From positions 1 to 53,242 of the forward strand of contig JAUCBJ010008090.1 of the NCBI GenBank assembly GCA_032718475.1: a stretch of DNA of 53,242 nucleotides, read 5' to 3'. The notes beneath the pieces are model-generated. The model saw nothing but the letters and a program-made list of their open reading frames with translations. It had not been told where the DNA came from and did no database searches. Positions 48,733-53,242 of this stretch are shown here, one piece after another (positions within the stretch are counted from its first letter, which is position 1; every line of letters begins with the position of its first letter). The position numbers were made by a program, and so were the translations under genes. The DNA is from Nemertoderma westbladi. Taxonomy: Eukaryota > Animalia > Xenacoelomorpha.

Positions 48733-50152
48733 ATGATGGAACAAGATAATCTCGATGAGATGTTTGTTTCACTGAATGATGATTTAGTAACTACAGACGA
48801 TGATTTCATCAATGATGAAGACCTTCTGCGGCTCTCTCAAGAAATAGAAGATAAAAAACTATATTACCACCAATAAAAATAGCAACACAAACGAGGCAAC
48901 AAAGAGTGCAGTAGCAGCGCTAAAAAATTACCTGCGTCTCATCAAATGCACCAAAGAAATAACATGTATGAGTATGGAGGAACTAGCATACCACACAAAT
49001 AACATGTATGAGTATGGAGGAACTAGCATACCACACAAATAATTTCATTAAGAGGTACAAAAAAAAATCAGGAGAAAAACTGGAAACCTCGACCCTTAGG
49101 AGTTAATTCTATGGCCTATTACGTCATTACAAGGAACTATGTATTGGGAATGTTCTCGAGCTGAAAGAATTTAAAGACACAAAGGCGGTGTTTCGTGCCA
49201 GGCTGTCGCAGCTCAAGGCCGATGGCAAGGGTAATAACCCAAATGCCAGCGACCCAATGGATTCCCATGATTTTTCCATCATGAAGTCAAGTGGGCAGCT
49301 GGGACATTCTACCCCACAGGTGTTGCAAAACACATGTACGTTGTTTGAACAACACAATTTGGTTGCCGCCCTGGGTTAGAAATGAGAAACATGATGGTTG
49401 GTGATGTGAAGAAGTACTTTGACCAAAAGAAGGGTCTTCACTTCCTACAACTCAAAGAGCGAAATACTAAAACCAGAAAGGGTTCCACACCAGGTAGAGT
49501 GCTTATCCCAAAGGCGTACAAGGTACCTACAGACCGTGATGTATATCCGGTGTTCTTGCATGAAAAATACATGGAGAAACGGTACCCCAACGGGAAAATA
49601 ATAGATGAAGACCCCTATTGGGTTCGCCCGAAACCCAATCAACCTAAGGATGGCGCATCATGGTTTTGCAACCAGCCCGTTGGGACGAATACCTTCGGTC
49701 AGATAATGAAAGATGTTGTAAAATGCTCTGGAATCAACACGGATGGTTGCAAGATCACCCCGATGTCATATAGGAAGACAACTGCTCAAGCTATTGTTGA
49801 CCAACATTTACCAGCGACATATGCCCAGAAACAACTTGGCCATTCTAGTTTGGCCATGACATCCCGTTACATCGATGGTATTGGAACGGCACAGTACAGT
49901 GTGAGCAATGCCCTCTCAAACGTTATATCTGGCGGCAAAATTGCCTTAGATGCGGATAACAATACCACGACATTGCCTCAAGCTATGATGGCTTCCACCG
50001 CATCGACCACTACTACTTCCTTATCAACGACTACCAAGGTACAGTGTACTGATGGCTCTATAGAGAGGACCATGGACTCCATTTTTAGCAACAATAAGTT
50101 CTTTGGGAACGTGAACGTATACGATGGATCGCACCAGAATACTAATAATTAG
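48733..50152 (+). pseudogene. Crypton-type (DUF3504-like) tyrosine recombinase, disrupted
   Basis: Reconstructed NSNT...TKSAV, LKADGKGN.PNAS, GQLG.STPQ.LQNT, FGCRPGLEMR...GD, ERNTKTRKG, WFCNQPVG.NT, KITPMSYRKT, LGHSS and SRY. Lesions: 40-bp duplication (48961-49040), stop at ~49104, frameshifts at ~48870 and ~49345. Confidence 0.82.
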
Positions 50153-50403
50153 CTGCTGATACATCAACTATATATATATATATATTTATATACACACTAT
50201 GCTAAATTTTAAATATCCAGTTATAACTGCCATTCATCGGATTGCTCCGCATCCCATTTCTCTATCGGAGTTAATTACACACAAACAAATCAAGTTAAGG
50301 GAATGTTATAACACCAGGAGACCATCAAGTACCCGTAGAGGAGGCAGAATATAACGAAGCGAGAGGGCCAATAAACACAGACAGCTTGTTATATGAATGC
50401 TAC

Positions 50404-51092
50404 TACTACTACTACTACTAGGATCGGCATGCTGCATTGCAGCTGCATTTTTAAGAATGCTGTGCCGGCTTGTCAACAAAATTACACCGCCACAACTCCC
50501 TATCACCCATGACATTTGCTAGATCATCCGCATCTTTAAGGCCAGTGTCCTTTAAGATGCGTCTCAAGAAAGTCATGGGCTGTCCACCATGCTTATTCAC
50601 TCCATGAGGCTGCCAAAGTACAAGATTATGCACTGGCTGGTCCTCATGGCGAAAGCAATGTCCTGCAAAGCGGAGGCGATTTTGTTCTAGTGTCAAGCTT
50701 GGGGGAACCAATGAGACACCTCCAATGTTATATAGTGTCTGGTTGGAGATGTGTGCATTGCACTTGACACAATGAACCCGGCGTAGCATTCTTGTGAATG
50801 TGCCATCCAGAGATTTGGTGTCCTCAGCAGTTAGAGCCCAGCATGGACTCCCGTAGAGGAGTACTGGAACTACTGCTGCTCTAAATAATCGGACCTTAAG
50901 TTTCCGATTAATTCTCGGTGACTTCCAAATCCTGGAAAGCCTATTCAAGGCTGCCCATGCCTTTCCCTTACGTATTCGAAGGTCCTCACCTGACTTCCGG
51001 ATCCATGATCCCAGGTAACAGAAGTCGTCCACATGCTCAAGCATACCATCCTTTGAGCTTATGCTCATCCGATCAGAGACTTGCTGAGGACT
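50404..51092 (-). mobile_element. 5'-truncated RTE copy, same family as 3928-5790, with TSD
   Basis: Near-identical to ~3928-4610, (TAG)n tail, TSD TGAATGCTAC at 50394-50403 and 51093-51102. Confidence 0.95.
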
Positions 51093-51410
51093 TGAATGCT
51101 ACAAAGTGCACAGTGGGGGGTTACGCGAGTTTGAGTTGGGTTTGAGTAAACCTGACAGGTTTGAGTTAGTAAGAGTGAGGTAAGAGGTAAAGGTACCCAG
51201 TTTGAGAAACGGTATCTAGAATGAGATAGGGACTGTAGGTATATGTTTCGTTTCGTAGCTTATGTCTGTTGGTCGTCAGACCTGCGAGCTAGACGAATAA
51301 TATCGTCCTTTTATGACTGATTTGAGTAAAGTTCTGTCATTGAAACTTATATACTCTATGGGCTGTTTGCCTGATTTAGATACATGCAGTAATGTACACG
51401 GCCCTTACAT

Positions 51411-51750
51411 GCCAAAACCATCTAACTCAATTTTTTTGAAAAATGACATATGCATATATTTGCAATCAGAAAAACGAGGCGCATCTTTCTAGCCAAGTCT
51501 TAAGACGTAATTATGAAGTCCTAAGGAGTTACATTTTTGCCAAAACCGTCTATCTCAACATCTGTCAATAATAGTAAATCCCAAAACCATCTATCTTTAC
51601 TTAAATTGATTTGGGATTAAACACCAAGTTTGAATTTATGGTTTCCTTTATGCCGAAACCGTCTATCTGTGCATTCTGTCTACTTGTATTCCGTTCGATT
51701 TAATATCTAATAATTATTCTTTTGTATTTGCCAAAACAGTCTATCTCTAT
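51411..51750 (+). repeat. Five spaced copies of a GCCAAAACCGTCTATCTC-like motif
   Basis: Copies at ~51411, 51539, 51581, 51652 and 51730, probably subterminal repeats of an unidentified DNA element. Confidence 0.6.
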
Positions 51751-52853
51751 AATCTACAATACAATAATGACTCTAAACTTGCCTTATAGCCCACAATTAT
51801 GCTTTTACTATACCTAGTTTTACTAGTTTCATAAAATTTAATGGGCTATCCAACATCGCAAATGCCATTTATATAGCTACAGTATGTTAGTTTTCGTGCC
51901 ATGGTACCTTTCTGACACCCATCTCCAGATTTTTCGTGCTAAAAGTTTCAAAAGTTTTTATGACTAACTAAAATAAATTTATTTGTGATATATCGCGTTT
52001 TTTGGATGTTGATGACGATTGTAGAACTCAAATATAACATTCGAGAAAATTTGTAATTTTGAATGTGCCCCCCCCCCCCCCCCCCCCGGGGGGAGGGCAC
52101 GAAAAAACAAGTAGGCCTAATGATGATGAGTAATGACATGATAATGAAAAATCAGCATGAAATCTAGCCAATTTCATGACCTTTATTGAAATTCTTTATT
52201 TTTTTGGAGTGCTGATCACGAATATGACACTGAAATATATCGTACCTTGTTGAAAATGGCATTTTTAGAAATGTGTCAATGTGCGGCTCGAAAAATATAA
52301 ATGTACAGTCCCAATCCCAATAAACATTAACTTGGTCGTTTTGGCGGCCAAAATACCAAAATGGCCAAGTAAAAACTGCGGTATTCATGAAAGGAACTGC
52401 TGAGGCACGTTGGCTTGTCAATCACAGCCAGTGAATACAGGCTGAGTGTAAGTAAAGCCCAGCATGTTGGCGCTGATGTAGAGTTCTCTATACCTTTAGG
52501 TAGAGAGAAAGGCTCCAGTGTAGTAATGGCTGGGCTCGCCACTGTAGTAAACATGCCTGTAAGAGTGCAGTGTGAGGCGCCCTAACTTATTATTTTCTAC
52601 ATATTTTTTACTAATCTAATAATTAACACACCTTTACGGCTGTCACTTAGGTTACATGCAGTGTGCTAGCACTTGCAGCAGAATAATTAATTAATTATTT
52701 ACTTTTATTCTATTCGATTGGTAATAAAAATAACAAGTTCATATCTTCAATTCGTAAAAATTCTTTAAAATATGAGAAAAGTACTTTACACAGATTTTTC
52801 TTTATTTAGCTGTTTAGTACGCTATAATATAAATGCTCTCATAAATACAGTTA

Positions 52854-53105
52854 GGGGGGGGGGGGGGGGGGACTAGACGCAATAAAAATTCATCCCTCTC
52901 CAGGGGGAATTTGACGCAAATAACAGATGATTACTCTCAAAAATAAAACTGTAGCCTGTTCATTTATGTTTAATTTATTGTTTTGGTTCAAATAACGTGC
53001 CACTGTACCCTGCTCCTTTCCCTAAATTGAGAATTTAACATTGAGGCGGGATATCAATTCGCCAAGGCGAGTTTTGCGTCCAGTTCCCCCCCCCCCCCCC
53101 CCCCC
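52854..53105. mobile_element. Short interspersed MITE-like repeat with poly-G/poly-C ends
   Basis: (G)n-ACTAGACGCAA ... TTGCGTCCAGTT-(C)n. Inverted partial copy at ~9320-9420 and diverged inverted copy at ~13690-13885. Confidence 0.7.
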
Positions 53106-53242
53106 ATGTCTCGATAAATAATAATTACATCATCATAAATTCACCCAAATATGCCGACTCTGTTGACTGTTAGCACAGAGCCAGAGCCTGATATTATAAT
53201 GTTTTCAGTTACTATCGCCCTCGAATTCAGACCCAGCTACTA

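Noticed and set aside
51105-51150. Transib/RSS terminus (CACAGTG)
   Set aside because: No nonamer-like motif at 12 or 23 bp and no matching opposite end found.

Overview
AT-rich, repeat-dense eukaryotic (probably invertebrate) DNA with no recognisable host gene, made of nested and mostly decayed transposable elements around a ~12-kb array of a 41-bp satellite (19501-31622, resuming 33370-33440). Supportable elements: four RTE-clade LINE pieces plus an RTE endonuclease fragment, a PHD+endonuclease CR1/L2-type LINE remnant, an internally deleted Ty3/Gypsy-like element with a CATT TSD, a tRNA-derived SINE, non-autonomous Harbinger-, piggyBac-, hAT- and CMC-like DNA elements, a piggyBac transposase fragment and a Crypton-type tyrosine recombinase pseudogene. 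The main highlight is a 5'-truncated BEL/Pao pol (36357-39772) followed on the same strand by a ~730-840 aa ORF. By eye that ORF contains a WRN/EXD/Mut-7-like DEDDy 3'-5' exonuclease fold and three CCHC zinc knuckles, and it is followed by a PPT and a candidate LTR. All family calls come from motif recognition by eye; no database searches were run.
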